Shown here in pieces: positions 10,100-20,753 of a DNA stretch of 64,000 nucleotides; positions within the stretch are counted from its first letter, which is position 1, and every line of letters begins with the position of its first letter. Source of the stretch: Sulfolobales archaeon (GTDB lineage: Archaea; Thermoproteota; Thermoprotei_A; Sulfolobales; AG1); the NCBI GenBank assembly GCA_038867615.1, contig JAWBYA010000006.1, positions 33,562-97,561 of the forward strand, written 5' to 3'. The notes below the pieces were generated by a model that searched no databases, was not told the origin of the DNA, and saw only the letters and a list, made by a program, of their open reading frames with translations. The position numbers and the translations under genes are program-made.

Positions 10100-11890
10100 T
10101 TGCTTAGAAGAGAGCCCCTAGTACTCTCACAGCTTGTTTTCGCCTATATATTCTACATAGCCTTCCTGATAATCCCGATCTCATATGTGCTCTTCATGGC
10201 CTTTAAAGCCGATATAGGTAGCCTGCTCGTCAACCCCAAATACATCTCGCTAGGAGTGCCTCAGGAGCCTATAGCCCAGTATGTTAGACCCGATGGTAAG
10301 GTGATCTTTATAGTGAGGGGTTTCAACTATGGGATAATACCTAACTCGCTATTAATAGCAACCATAACAACGATCATAACCCTCTTAATCGGGTTAGCAG
10401 TAGCCCTCCTAATCTCTAGATATGACTTCCCCCTCAAAGGGCTCTTGAGGTTCATCCTCTACATACCAATGATCCCCGCACCCTTTATAAACGCCTTCGT
10501 AGCCTTCAAACTCTTCGACCCGGTTTACGGGCTCATACCATGGCTCATGGTAGATGCCCTAGGCCTCCCATGGGGGATCGGGTTCCAAGAGATGGCTGGT
10601 GTTATCCTAGCCCAGGTCATGGCCCTATACCCCATAGCCTATATCAATATAAGCGCCTCCATGCTCTCCCAAGACCCCTCGGCTGAGGAGCAGGCTGAGA
10701 ATCTTGGTAGCAGGGGTTTCAGGCTTTTCAGGACAGTGACCCTCCCGCTATCAACCCCTGGTATTGTTGCCGCTGCATCCACGATCTTTATATTAAGTCT
10801 AGAAGATCTCGGAGGCCCTATAGCCTTCAAGTTCAGGAGCACGATATCCTACGAGATCTTCTCATCCTTCAGGAGCGAGGCGGCTGCAGGCTATATAAGC
10901 CCCCTCACAGCCTTCCTAGGATTTCTCCTCCTAGTCATAGCCCTCTCTGTATTTATAACGGTCAGGGAGATCTCGTCTAGAAAGCAATACGTATTCATAT
11001 CCAGGGGAGGAGGCGGTTATAATAGGTTCAAAAAGCTCGGCTGGAAAGGGCTTTTAGCAGTATATCTACTAGCATTCCCCTTCGCGATCTTCACATCCCT
11101 CCCACAAGCAGGGGTAGTTATATTCGCACTAGCCGGTCCGGCATGGCTTAGAAGCCCTCTTCCCCAGGAGATCAGCTTGGGACATCTCATAGAGATGTTC
11201 CAAGACCCCGTAGCAATGAGGGCTCTCCACAACTCCCTGCTATACTCACTAACAGCCCTCGTATTCATGATAGTTCTCTCAGTATCGATAGCATATGCAG
11301 CCCAGAGGTTTAGAAACCCTTACACACTAGCCATAGACTCGATAGCGATGAGCTCTCTATCAATACCTGGTCTCGTGATAGCCCTGGGTTATCTATACTA
11401 CTTCATGGATCTATCATCTATACTAGGGTTCAACTACCTCGACAGCGTTGAAGCTATAGCAGCATCGATAATCATAGCCTATAGTGTTAGAAAAGCCCCA
11501 TTCATATTAAGGGCAGCCTATTCAGGGATCCAGCAGATCCCTGTGAGCCTTGAAGAGGCTGCGTCAAACCTAGGCTCGGGGAGGGCTAGGATTATAGCAG
11601 GTATCACGCTACCCCTAGCAAGGCTAAGCATAGCCGGGGGCTCCCTACTAAGCTGGGTCTATGCATTCAGCGAGACAAGCGTCTCGGTAACGCTTGGTGG
11701 ATTAGCAGGTGTTGGGATGAACCACGCAGCACCAATCACATTCATCATGGGCGACTATATATTGGGAAGGGTGCAGGCGATAGCTGTTGTAGCATCGCTC
11801 GGGGTTATTCTAATGATGGTTGAGGTGATAGCGATAAGCATTGCAAGCTACCTAACAAAACAGAGACTCGCGGTGATCAGCATAACATAG
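10100..11890 (+). CDS. ABC transporter permease (two-domain, FbpB/ThiP-like)
   Basis: Two EAA loops (AEEQAENLGS and LEEAASNLGS) and many TM helices. Confidence 0.9.
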   Translation: MLRREPLVLSQLVFAYIFYIAFLIIPISYVLFMAFKADIGSLLVNPKYISLGVPQEPIAQYVRPDGKVIFIVRGFNYGIIPNSLLIATITTIITLLIGLAVALLISRYDFPLKGLLRFILYIPMIPAPFINAFVAFKLFDPVYGLIPWLMVDALGLPWGIGFQEMAGVILAQVMALYPIAYINISASMLSQDPSAEEQAENLGSRGFRLFRTVTLPLSTPGIVAAASTIFILSLEDLGGPIAFKFRSTISYEIFSSFRSEAAAGYISPLTAFLGFLLLVIALSVFITVREISSRKQYVFISRGGGGYNRFKKLGWKGLLAVYLLAFPFAIFTSLPQAGVVIFALAGPAWLRSPLPQEISLGHLIEMFQDPVAMRALHNSLLYSLTALVFMIVLSVSIAYAAQRFRNPYTLAIDSIAMSSLSIPGLVIALGYLYYFMDLSSILGFNYLDSVEAIAASIIIAYSVRKAPFILRAAYSGIQQIPVSLEEAASNLGSGRARIIAGITLPLARLSIAGGSLLSWVYAFSETSVSVTLGGLAGVGMNHAAPITFIMGDYILGRVQAIAVVASLGVILMMVEVIAISIASYLTKQRLAVISIT

Positions 11891-12028
11891 ATTGATTCTA
11901 AGCTGTTACAGCATAGTCCATGAGGCTTAGGCTTGGTTATTGGTTTTCAGCTTGATACTAACAGATCGTTAGTATCGATCGTGAGCTAGCCTTTTAAGAC
12001 ACGGAACGCCGTTGATCATGGTGAGGAT

Positions 12029-12850
12029 ATGAGATCTATAGCTATTGTGGTGTTGCTAGCCGCTGTCTCTATAGCTATTCTAATCCCTAGCATGGCTGTT
12101 GCACAAGCAATGTGGGGCGGCTGGGGCTTTATGATGAACACAGCATATAGCGGCTACTCCAAGGCTGCGTCATCCTATGGCGGAATGATGGGAGGAATGG
12201 GCGGTATGATGGGTGTAGGAAGTTGGAGCGGCTATATGGGCAGGATGATCAATGCCAACGGTATGATGAACACCAACTACACAGAGATCACGATCACCGG
12301 GATCTTCCTGGTAAGCGAGGATATAGAGGATATGGAGCACATGGCCATCCTAGACTCCAATGGAAAGAGATACGCACTAATCCTACCATCAGAGGAGTGG
12401 GTTCTCAGAGGTCCTAACGGATCTACAACTAAGATAGATCTCGAGGATCTTAGGGAAAGGTTAAACGCAACCAAGGTCACAATCAAAGGGATCTATATAG
12501 GAAGTATGGAGGATATGATGAACAGAATGATGGGCATGATGCATGGAATGATGGGAGGTATGGGAGGAATGATGGGAGGCTACGGAGCTCCAATGTGCCA
12601 TTCAACACAAACCATGGGGACAGGATCTGCAGGGATGCCAATGATGCCAATGGGTATGGGGATGCACGGCATGGGAGGAATGATGGGAGGCGGAATGATG
12701 GGACAAGGAATGCAAGGAATGCGTGGCAATAGCGATGAACACGACGAGGATCACGACCACATGGAGGCATGCATGAACCTAATGACACTACCCCACGTAG
12801 TAGTCACAGAGATAAAGTTCAACGAATACACAGCAACACCATATAAATAA
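12029..12850 (+). CDS. Exported Met/Gly/His-rich hypothetical protein
   Basis: Signal peptide, about 46 Met in 273 aa (GMMGGM repeats) and an HDEDHDH patch. Confidence 0.8.
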   Translation: MRSIAIVVLLAAVSIAILIPSMAVAQAMWGGWGFMMNTAYSGYSKAASSYGGMMGGMGGMMGVGSWSGYMGRMINANGMMNTNYTEITITGIFLVSEDIEDMEHMAILDSNGKRYALILPSEEWVLRGPNGSTTKIDLEDLRERLNATKVTIKGIYIGSMEDMMNRMMGMMHGMMGGMGGMMGGYGAPMCHSTQTMGTGSAGMPMMPMGMGMHGMGGMMGGGMMGQGMQGMRGNSDEHDEDHDHMEACMNLMTLPHVVVTEIKFNEYTATPYK

Positions 12851-13302
12851 AAAATAATCGAAGTGTAAACATAAAAATAATTTTTTATAAGTATCAATAA
12901 AAATAGATGTTTTTACACTCTATAAATGGTGTGGGTATCTCAACCCACACTTAGCTCAAATCACTGTTTATTAGACGCAGAACTCCTCAAGATCATGCCC
13001 ACAAACCTATAGGGATCTTTATTATTGTTGCTCAAGCTGTCTCTCATGTTTTACCATGAATATCTTGTCCGCTTCTTTCTCCTGGCAGCTGTGTTGCTAT
13101 CGAGATAAGCTTATCATGTGTATATGTATCCTTATTCGACTGTTGATAGGTGTAAAAGTCCTTAAAAGCTCTTCCCAAACTAGCAGGTTCTCCATAGATC
13201 TTGGCCATTTCGTGTTGGGGGGTTGCTTTATAGAGCATGATACGATGTATAGATCTATGTTATGACTTTATCTGGATATATTAGTTCTCATCTATAAATT
13301 AT

Positions 13303-13872
13303 TTGGAGTTGTTTTTGTCCCTCACGCTGCCCGGGCCTCTGGATCTTCCATTGCTGGTTTTCGAGATCTTCTCTCTAGCACTGATCCTGAGGATCTGTGT
13401 GAGCCTTTACAGGGTTTCTAGGTATGCTTTCGACGATAGATCTTTATTGCTCTTCACAGGCTTCCTACTCCTCTCACTATCCCTACTCCTCTCCGTTGTT
13501 TCTATTTTTATAGATGATCTCTTCATCTTCTCATCCCTCGTACTATTCTCGATCTACGCCTCCCTCGCCGGATACATATCGATCCTCTCAGCAAGATTCC
13601 TCGGAGAACCCGTGCTACTACTCATAGTCCCGTTAGCACAATACTACCTCTACGGAGAACTAGCATCAATGATACTCTCAACAACGATAGCCCTGGGATC
13701 TAGGTCTAGGCTTGTATTAACAGGCTTTCTCTTGCTATCATTATCACACCTCCTAAGACTCCTCTCCATGAGCATTGCACAGCCACTCCTCATCCTCCTA
13801 CTACCGGCGGCAGAACTACTCAGAGTCGCCGGTTTCCTCGCACTATCCATCGGAATCGGTGGTGCTAAGTGA
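13303..13872 (+). CDS. Polytopic membrane protein, function unknown
   Basis: About 6-7 hydrophobic segments; overlaps the next gene by 4 nt (GTGA). Confidence 0.7.
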   Translation: MELFLSLTLPGPLDLPLLVFEIFSLALILRICVSLYRVSRYAFDDRSLLLFTGFLLLSLSLLLSVVSIFIDDLFIFSSLVLFSIYASLAGYISILSARFLGEPVLLLIVPLAQYYLYGELASMILSTTIALGSRSRLVLTGFLLLSLSHLLRLLSMSIAQPLLILLLPAAELLRVAGFLALSIGIGGAK

Positions 13873-14144
13873 AGAAAAGATCGAGGGCAAGGATTGTCTA
13901 TGATATCCTCAACCACCTAGCATTCAGAGGCTCAACAACAATCACAGGAGTAAGCTACATAGCCAGAATGCCCTATGACAGAGCCGAAGAGCTAGTGATG
14001 GATCTTGAAAAGAGGGGGCTGGTTAGGATTACAAAAACAGAGAGCGGCAGAATAGTATCTATAACAGATAAAGGGCTGAAAGCCCTAGAGGATCTCGAGA
14101 AAGCTATAAAGATCCTTGAGAAGCTAGGTCTAGACACCACATAG
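13869..14144 (+). CDS. Winged-helix DNA-binding protein (HTH_45-like)
   Basis: KRSRARIVYDIL ... ARMPYDRA ... ITDKGLKALE pattern of small archaeal wHTH regulators. Confidence 0.85.
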   Translation: MKKRSRARIVYDILNHLAFRGSTTITGVSYIARMPYDRAEELVMDLEKRGLVRITKTESGRIVSITDKGLKALEDLEKAIKILEKLGLDTT

Positions 14145-14304
14145 ATAGATCAACGCTAACAGCATATCCACTCCCACGGGATCTCCCGTAGATCTATGTG
14201 AATGCATCCGAAGAATCATCAAACATCCGGGTTAGAAATCCTTGAGAGTTGCGGTGATACCTTATAATAAAAATTATTATAGCAGTATTTTGGTAGGTGA
14301 TGAT

Positions 14305-14658
14305 ATGGTTGCTAAATATTACCTAAGCATCTAAGAAATACCTAGGAGAAGCTCAAGTCTTCATTCTCAAGGGCGATTATATTCAGGCGAGTGGGAAGCT
14401 TTGGGGCGCTGCTGCCGAGATCTTTAAGGCTGTTGGTGCTTTGAGGAGAGTTGAAATGAAAACCCATGCGGACCTTTTCCGTTATGTTGCGAAGCTAAGA
14501 GAAGAACTCAACGATCCAGAGCTTATAACGCTATTCCATGTAACTAATACCCTACACCAGAACTTCTACGAGGAAAACCAGCCCTCGAATTCGTCATAAG
14601 CGGGGCTGAAGCAATAAAACAGCTGGCAGCAAAGCTCGAGAGACTAAACCGGCAATAA
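14305..14658 (+). pseudogene. PaREP1 (HEPN-like) pseudogene with two frameshifts
   Basis: Manual translation: MVAKYYL, then a frameshift, then KKYLGEAQVFILKGDYIQASGKLWGAAAEIFKA...LHQNFYEE, then a frameshift, then LEFVISGAEAIKQLAAKLERLNRQ*. GGTGA SD lies upstream of ATG 14305. Confidence 0.8.
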
Positions 14659-14838
14659 GTCTCCGCCATTATCCGGTAATTATTATAGCTATTCGACAAC
14701 GTTTATTGGCTAGTATTGGCTAGAGATCTCCTAATGGCGATTTATAGGTTCTCAGGGTATCTCCTAGTTGGTGCGAGCTTTTATGGCTGGGGGTGTTAGG
14801 GGTCGCTGGGGCTGAGGCTTATCGCTATAATCCTGGCT

Positions 14839-15957
14839 TTGGATACCCTTGCATCGGCAGCATACTACACAGCGTCGAGGGCTTATGTTAGGGATGTTTT
14901 GGGCGGGGTTGAGGCTTATAGGTATATTGTTATGCTAGTTGCTGCTGAAACTATACCTGTTATTGTGGTTGTGGCTTTGGGGATTCTAGGCGGGGTTTAT
15001 GGGAAGCGCAGAGTAGCTGCAGCCATTAGCAGTTTAAGGGCGTTCTTCTATCCCTTGATAGTCCTTGTAGATCCTAAGCTTATCGTCATCCCCGTTTTCA
15101 TCGGGAGCGTGTTTGTATATATGTTCTTCATCAACGCATTAGGAGCCTTACTAGAGTCTGCTCGAGGCTCTGCCAGAACCTATGCCGATGTGACGCTTGT
15201 TTTCCCTATATCTTGGGGCATCGGCCCTCTAATCCCCGGAGTTCTTGAACCCGTAGGAGGCTATGTGATGGTGTTCACGGTCACGGGCTTTCTAGCAGGT
15301 CTCTCATCGATACTCTTAGCGATAGCCTCAAAGGCTGAGGATGATGGTGTTTCAGAGTATCCCAATATCATGGCGTCTTTCAAACTCTTGGGATCCCAGC
15401 TTATACTAGCGCTTCTAGCCGCAGGGGCTGGGTTGAATCTTTTCTGGAATATTATGAGCATTAAACTCTACGAGACTTCTGGGAGCCTTATCCTCTTCGG
15501 CTTGATAGGGGGGACATTAAGTACGTTACTCTCAATAGCTGCACGTCGACTAGCCGGGATGATAGCAGACAGGATCGAGCCTATAAAAATGCTTGCAATA
15601 GTCTACGCTATATATGCGGTCTACGGGCTAATCATGTACAAGCTAGAGGGACTACCATTCATGATACTCTGGCTCACACCCCTCTACCCGTTCAGAGAGG
15701 TATCCCAAACCATGACTATAAGCAGAGCACTGCCGAGAGAAGCCCAAACAACTGCGGCAAGCATAGTAACTCTAACATACAGCCTACCATCAATAACATA
15801 CCCTATACTATACTTCATAGGTATCGGCATCGCCGAAGCTACAGTCATATACACGGTAGCCTTGATATTATCATCAGTACTCATCGGCAGGCTAGCTATA
15901 CGCACCGGCAGGAGATCTGAACAGCTACTGCATAAAACCCGAGATGTTGGGGCTTAA
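14839..15957 (+). CDS. MFS transporter
   Basis: About 12 TM segments with GILGGVYGKRR and GMIADRIE loop motifs. The first TM extends upstream in frame to CTG 14806/14812. Confidence 0.8.
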   Translation: MDTLASAAYYTASRAYVRDVLGGVEAYRYIVMLVAAETIPVIVVVALGILGGVYGKRRVAAAISSLRAFFYPLIVLVDPKLIVIPVFIGSVFVYMFFINALGALLESARGSARTYADVTLVFPISWGIGPLIPGVLEPVGGYVMVFTVTGFLAGLSSILLAIASKAEDDGVSEYPNIMASFKLLGSQLILALLAAGAGLNLFWNIMSIKLYETSGSLILFGLIGGTLSTLLSIAARRLAGMIADRIEPIKMLAIVYAIYAVYGLIMYKLEGLPFMILWLTPLYPFREVSQTMTISRALPREAQTTAASIVTLTYSLPSITYPILYFIGIGIAEATVIYTVALILSSVLIGRLAIRTGRRSEQLLHKTRDVGA

Positions 15958-16067
15958 CGACCATAAACAGTAATCCCGTGTTTCAACTATTGTGGGGGCT
16001 TGCCAGTTTCAAAGATCGCTAAAATGTATATCTTTTAACCCTGCTAGCAGTTTTATATTAGACAGTT

Positions 16068-17369
16068 ATGGGAGTCTATAGTGATTTCGAGAGACTCTGG
16101 ATCTGGGAGTCTCTTGGTGATAGGCTTGAGTGGTATCTAGGGGTCTCTGTAAATAGGTATCCCGCTAAATACCTCATAGCCAAGAGGATTGGGATCCCTG
16201 CAAGGGGTTTCGATGAGATCGGATCTATTGATAAGGGGTTTGAGATCTATAAGAGATACACAGAGGATTTCCTAAAACTCTGGAGGGATGTGAGGAATGG
16301 CGAGGATATATCCAGGCTCGAGGTTCCGAGATATAGTCTCCTAGACCTTGCCAGGGATCTTGTGAGGGCTATTGTTAGAAAATGCATCTTCTGCAGGTGG
16401 AAGTGCGGCGTCGATAGGGCTGAGGGTAAGAAGCTGGGAGCCTGTATGCTCACAACAGAGAGTAGGGTTGGTTCTTACTTCCACCACTTCGGTGAGGAGC
16501 TTGTTTTCAGAGGAACCCACGGCTCTGGTACTATATTCTTCACCTCCTGCAACATGAGATGCCTCTTCTGCCAGAACGGGGATATATCGAGGGATAGGTT
16601 TAACGGGATCCCCTACACACCGAGGGAGCTTGCCCAGATAGCATTCCTCCTAAGGATAGAGGGGTGTCATAATATAAACTGGGTTGGGGGCGAGCCCACG
16701 ATCCACCTCCACTCGATCGTTGAGGCTATATGGTACCTGGCTAAAGAGGGGTTCGGGCTGATGCCCAGAGGATCTGAGCTGGACAAGATCCTCTTGACAA
16801 AGGCTGATGCATATATACCATACCCCATGGATAAGAGGTTCGCGTTATATAAGGGGGAGTTCAACGCACCAATGCTCTTCAACACAAACATGTTCCTATC
16901 AGAGGAATCGATGATCCTCCTAAGACCCCTAATAGACATATGGCTCCCAGACTTCAAATTCGGCCCAGGGAGATGCTCAATAAGACTATCAAGAACACCA
17001 TGGTACTTCGAAACAGCAGCGAAGAACCATAAAATGCTCTACGAATGGGGAGAGAACATGGTTATAAGACACCTAGTAATGCCAAACCACATAGAGTGCT
17101 GCACAAAACCAGTGCTAGAATGGATAGCCAAAAACATACCAGGAACACCCGTAAACATAATGGATCAATACAGACCGGAATCATACGCAGACCCACACTC
17201 ACCCCACTTCGATCCAGACGCCCACGACATAGCTAGAAGACCGACCAGAGAAGAGATAATAAAGGCATGGACATACGCAGGAGAACTAGGACTCAACTAC
17301 CGAGAGATCACATTCGAGAAAAAACTATCAAAAAGAGCAATAGAAGGCCTCAAAGCCCTGATCCAGTAA
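16068..17369 (+). CDS. Radical SAM protein, PflX-like
   Basis: CNMRCLFC motif, GSGTIFF, GGEPT, LPDFKFG, RHLVMPNH and NIMDQYRP. Confidence 0.92.
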   Translation: MGVYSDFERLWIWESLGDRLEWYLGVSVNRYPAKYLIAKRIGIPARGFDEIGSIDKGFEIYKRYTEDFLKLWRDVRNGEDISRLEVPRYSLLDLARDLVRAIVRKCIFCRWKCGVDRAEGKKLGACMLTTESRVGSYFHHFGEELVFRGTHGSGTIFFTSCNMRCLFCQNGDISRDRFNGIPYTPRELAQIAFLLRIEGCHNINWVGGEPTIHLHSIVEAIWYLAKEGFGLMPRGSELDKILLTKADAYIPYPMDKRFALYKGEFNAPMLFNTNMFLSEESMILLRPLIDIWLPDFKFGPGRCSIRLSRTPWYFETAAKNHKMLYEWGENMVIRHLVMPNHIECCTKPVLEWIAKNIPGTPVNIMDQYRPESYADPHSPHFDPDAHDIARRPTREEIIKAWTYAGELGLNYREITFEKKLSKRAIEGLKALIQ

Positions 17370-17403
17370 ACCTATACGCATAAGTGAAACCTGTAACAAC
17401 CTA

Positions 17404-18015
17404 CTAAGCCTTCTCCCCAGCCGGTGCTTTCGCCGGAGCTACCCTCTCGAGTAGGAGTTTTATTATATCGTTTCTAATACTATCCATGCTTGTCTTAACA
17501 TACCTCATATCAGCCTCTATAGCATCCATTCTCCTCTCTAAACCATCCATCCTGATCTTCATAGCCTCTGTGAGGGCATTCATAGCCCTCTCAACACTCT
17601 CTATCCGTGTGTTTAAGTTCCTATCCAAGCTCTCTATCCGTGCATTAAGATCTTTTTCAACACTTTCTATTCTCGCATTCAAGCTTTTCTCTAGGCTCTC
17701 TATTCTTGAGCTAAGGTTTCTCTCGATACTCTCTATCCTCATATTTAAACTCTTATCCATGCTATCCATTCTTCTCTCCATATCATCCATTCTCTTCTCC
17801 ACAGCATCTATTCTTTTCTCTATTATAGCGCTCATCTTTGTTTCAAGAGCCTCCATCCTAGCCTCAAGGGATCTCCTCATAGCATCCATAAATAAGAACC
17901 CTACCTCCCAGTCGCTCAGCTTCTCACCCTTCATAGCCTTATCAACGATCCTCTTACCATACTCGGCAAGAATGCTGGCAACTATATCAGCGCCTATAGA
18001 TGTAACATGTCCCAT
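17404..18015 (-). CDS. PaREP15-like coiled-coil protein
   Basis: ILAEYGKRIVDKAMKGEKLSDWEVGFL plus LNARIESVEKS-type 11-aa repeats. Start moved to ATG 18015 to match the paralogue. Confidence 0.8.
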   Translation of the reverse strand: MGHVTSIGADIVASILAEYGKRIVDKAMKGEKLSDWEVGFLFMDAMRRSLEARMEALETKMSAIIEKRIDAVEKRMDDMERRMDSMDKSLNMRIESIERNLSSRIESLEKSLNARIESVEKDLNARIESLDRNLNTRIESVERAMNALTEAMKIRMDGLERRMDAIEADMRYVKTSMDSIRNDIIKLLLERVAPAKAPAGEKA

Positions 18016-18138
18016 GAAACATCTGTATACTAATAAGCTAGAAAGTAAATAAAGCCTCCCAATAATATGAGATCCTTTCAAGAACTCCATACAACAAATT
18101 CCATATACACCGTATTTTGGAATGAACTAGGGAATGTT

Positions 18139-20748
18139 TTAACTTTTTTCTTCTTTTTCTACTTCTATCTGTGATTGGTTAATAGCTTCTTCTATTTTCT
18201 CTTTATATTCTTCTGGTTTCAGTCCTCCTCCCCTGGCTAAGATATCAACTTTTACAGTTACTTCTTCAAATTTTGTTTTAAGAAAGTTAGTCATCTTCAC
18301 TACATCCGAGAGTTTCCCGGAGGGGACTTTCAGTACTAGGTGTACAAAGCTGTATTCCTTAGTTTTTCTTATTCTTAGATCCTTTTCCTTTAACTCTAGC
18401 TCTTTTTCTAAAGCATCTTTTTGCTTGTCAATTAACTTATTCCATGGTATTCTCTTCTTTATCTCCTCAAGCTCTTCTACGCTTGTTGCTTTTCTTATTT
18501 CATCGACGAAAACCTGTAGATCTGTTTCAGCGACACATAATTCTGGCCGTATTAAGATGCTATCATCCGTAATCTCTGGGGTGAAATCGCTTTTGAAATG
18601 CTTGCAGACGGGCTTTTCGCCTTCTAGAACTCCGTATCCGAATCTACCTTCAGCCACACCTTTCTTCACACTTTCTTTGAAGATATCGTCTGAGATTATC
18701 CTCAACTCTCCTGGAGTATTGTAGAATGAGTTGAGCAGGCTTTTCACGTTAATATAATCCCTCCCTTTGAGATATTTCTCTCCCAGAAAGCTTGGATCAA
18801 TCTTAGTTGCTATCTTCTCCCCAGCTAATCTCTCGAAAACTTCGTTATCTAAAGCTGTTTGTGCGCCTATAACGGGTATCCCCATGTCTATCTCTTCTAA
18901 GCCTTCTCTTGAGGGAAGATATAGCGTTCTATACAGTTCTCTTACTTTCTTCACAACATCCCTCCTTAAGGAAGCTATTTTTTCACTTACCTCCTTTTTC
19001 TGGGATTCTGTTAAAGCAAGCAGCTCGTCTTTTTGTATAGCTTCCCATGCGATCTTTCTCCTTAAGAAGTCGTCAAAGCCCATTCTCTCAGAACTTCTTG
19101 GGCACAAGAAGATCAAGGTATTTCTATGAACCCTCGGATTTTCTCCATAATTCTCGATAATGCTTTTACAGAATTCCTTATCATCGTTCTGAAGAATTAC
19201 TAATTTAAGCTTCTTCGTATCTGGAACATCCTTTGTATTCTTTGGCCAAAGGTAAACCTCAAAATATCTTTTTGAAAAGAGGTTGGAGAGTATTTTCTCC
19301 TCTTCCTCTCTTACCTCCTCATCCGTTATATTCTCCATTTTTGTGATTACAATGCGGTTGAGGTTCGGTTGATCGCTGAAGAAAAGCTTCCCATCGGACT
19401 GTAAATAGAAGAGTCTCTCTTTTAATTTCGATATAACTTCGATAATTACACTGCTCGGCACCCCTATTTCAGAGCATGTGAGCTTCACGTCAGCTATCGT
19501 TGCTCCTCTCTCCACACCTCCTGAGAACGAGTAAAGGAAGATGGTGGTTGCCACTCTTGTCCCAAAGCGATAAGCTAAGTAGGCCTTTCCAAGATCTGCG
19601 TCAACCCTCCTCGCCCCAGCATCACTGCCAGTAATATCAGAAGCTAAAACACTATCGTATTGCGAGCCGATATGTTTTATCAACTCCCTCCTTATCTCGT
19701 CATTTGCTAGATCGAAATCCCCTAGCCTGATAAAAGGCACTTTAGACTCCTTAAGAGAATGAACAACTAGAGAGAGAAGTCTTAGAACACCCCTAGTCCT
19801 CTGAAAGGTGGGGAAAGAACCCCACCTAGTATAGAGAACCTCGATCACCTCTGGCTGGAAGGGATAGCTTTTCAAGAACCTCTTTTTATACTCCGACCTC
19901 TCTAGACCCCTTGGCAGTAGTCCCTCCCTTTCCGCATAATCTAAAAACTCATCGATTACCTTCTCAGCCTCCTTCTCATCAACACTGCTGAAAAGCCTAG
20001 CCCTTATTACTGAAGCCACCTCCTCATCTTTTACTGGTGCGTAAACCTTCTCCATTCTACCTGCAACTTTCTGTAGTTGTTGGAAAAGCATCTCAGCACT
20101 CTCATCATAACGCTCTAGCAGACTCGATGGCAAGGTTAAAACCAAAAGGCATTTATCAAGGGAACTAACAGCCCTAGTTAATTCATGCATGAAAACAAGA
20201 ACCTGGGCTGCCAAATTAGACTCGCCAACCCTTATTCCAGCAGCCTTCGTAGTATATGTTAAGATCTCATCCATCAAGATTAAAACCGGCTGATGCTTTT
20301 CAAGCAGATCTCTCAGCTTCTCAGTCCCCGGCGGTACTTGCCCTTCAAACTTCTCCACCCTACCCGTTAGTTGTCTTTCGATCTCACCCCATATGGTTTG
20401 CTCCTTAGGATCTAAAGCTGTACCGTCTAAAACAACAACATTAACCCCCCAAGACCTAGCCTTATGGTACAACGCGATTAATGAATGGGTTTTCCCACCA
20501 CCAAAAGGTGTTTGCAGCTGGATTACAGGATCGCCACCCAAACCCTTAAGCCTCTTTTCAGCAACGCTTAGTAAATTCCTTATTCCCTCAGTAAGATAGG
20601 TCTTCCTGAAGAAGGTATCCGGATCCCGGTAATCTTCAGGCCCCCTTCCTTTAAAAACCTCCCAGAGATCGGCTGCGAAAACATCTTCAGTAAGCCTCCC
20701 CTCAATGATATCTATATGCGGAATGGCTATAGAAGTAAATGGTTTCAT
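18139..20748 (-). CDS. DUF499 family AAA+ ATPase
   Basis: FAADL, Walker A TPFGGGKTH, Walker B LILMDE, SYPFQP and FQRTRGVLR. Confidence 0.92.
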   Translation of the reverse strand: MKPFTSIAIPHIDIIEGRLTEDVFAADLWEVFKGRGPEDYRDPDTFFRKTYLTEGIRNLLSVAEKRLKGLGGDPVIQLQTPFGGGKTHSLIALYHKARSWGVNVVVLDGTALDPKEQTIWGEIERQLTGRVEKFEGQVPPGTEKLRDLLEKHQPVLILMDEILTYTTKAAGIRVGESNLAAQVLVFMHELTRAVSSLDKCLLVLTLPSSLLERYDESAEMLFQQLQKVAGRMEKVYAPVKDEEVASVIRARLFSSVDEKEAEKVIDEFLDYAEREGLLPRGLERSEYKKRFLKSYPFQPEVIEVLYTRWGSFPTFQRTRGVLRLLSLVVHSLKESKVPFIRLGDFDLANDEIRRELIKHIGSQYDSVLASDITGSDAGARRVDADLGKAYLAYRFGTRVATTIFLYSFSGGVERGATIADVKLTCSEIGVPSSVIIEVISKLKERLFYLQSDGKLFFSDQPNLNRIVITKMENITDEEVREEEEKILSNLFSKRYFEVYLWPKNTKDVPDTKKLKLVILQNDDKEFCKSIIENYGENPRVHRNTLIFLCPRSSERMGFDDFLRRKIAWEAIQKDELLALTESQKKEVSEKIASLRRDVVKKVRELYRTLYLPSREGLEEIDMGIPVIGAQTALDNEVFERLAGEKIATKIDPSFLGEKYLKGRDYINVKSLLNSFYNTPGELRIISDDIFKESVKKGVAEGRFGYGVLEGEKPVCKHFKSDFTPEITDDSILIRPELCVAETDLQVFVDEIRKATSVEELEEIKKRIPWNKLIDKQKDALEKELELKEKDLRIRKTKEYSFVHLVLKVPSGKLSDVVKMTNFLKTKFEEVTVKVDILARGGGLKPEEYKEKIEEAINQSQIEVEKEEKS

Positions 20749-20753
20749 ATGGG

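Noticed and set aside
13044-13265. Short overlapping ORFs on both strands
   Set aside because: No recognisable motif. It could be a decayed gene, but this cannot be supported.
18060-18138. Second att site at the left edge of the defence operon
   Set aside because: No similarity to the tRNA-Arg sequence was found, so the left boundary is undefined.
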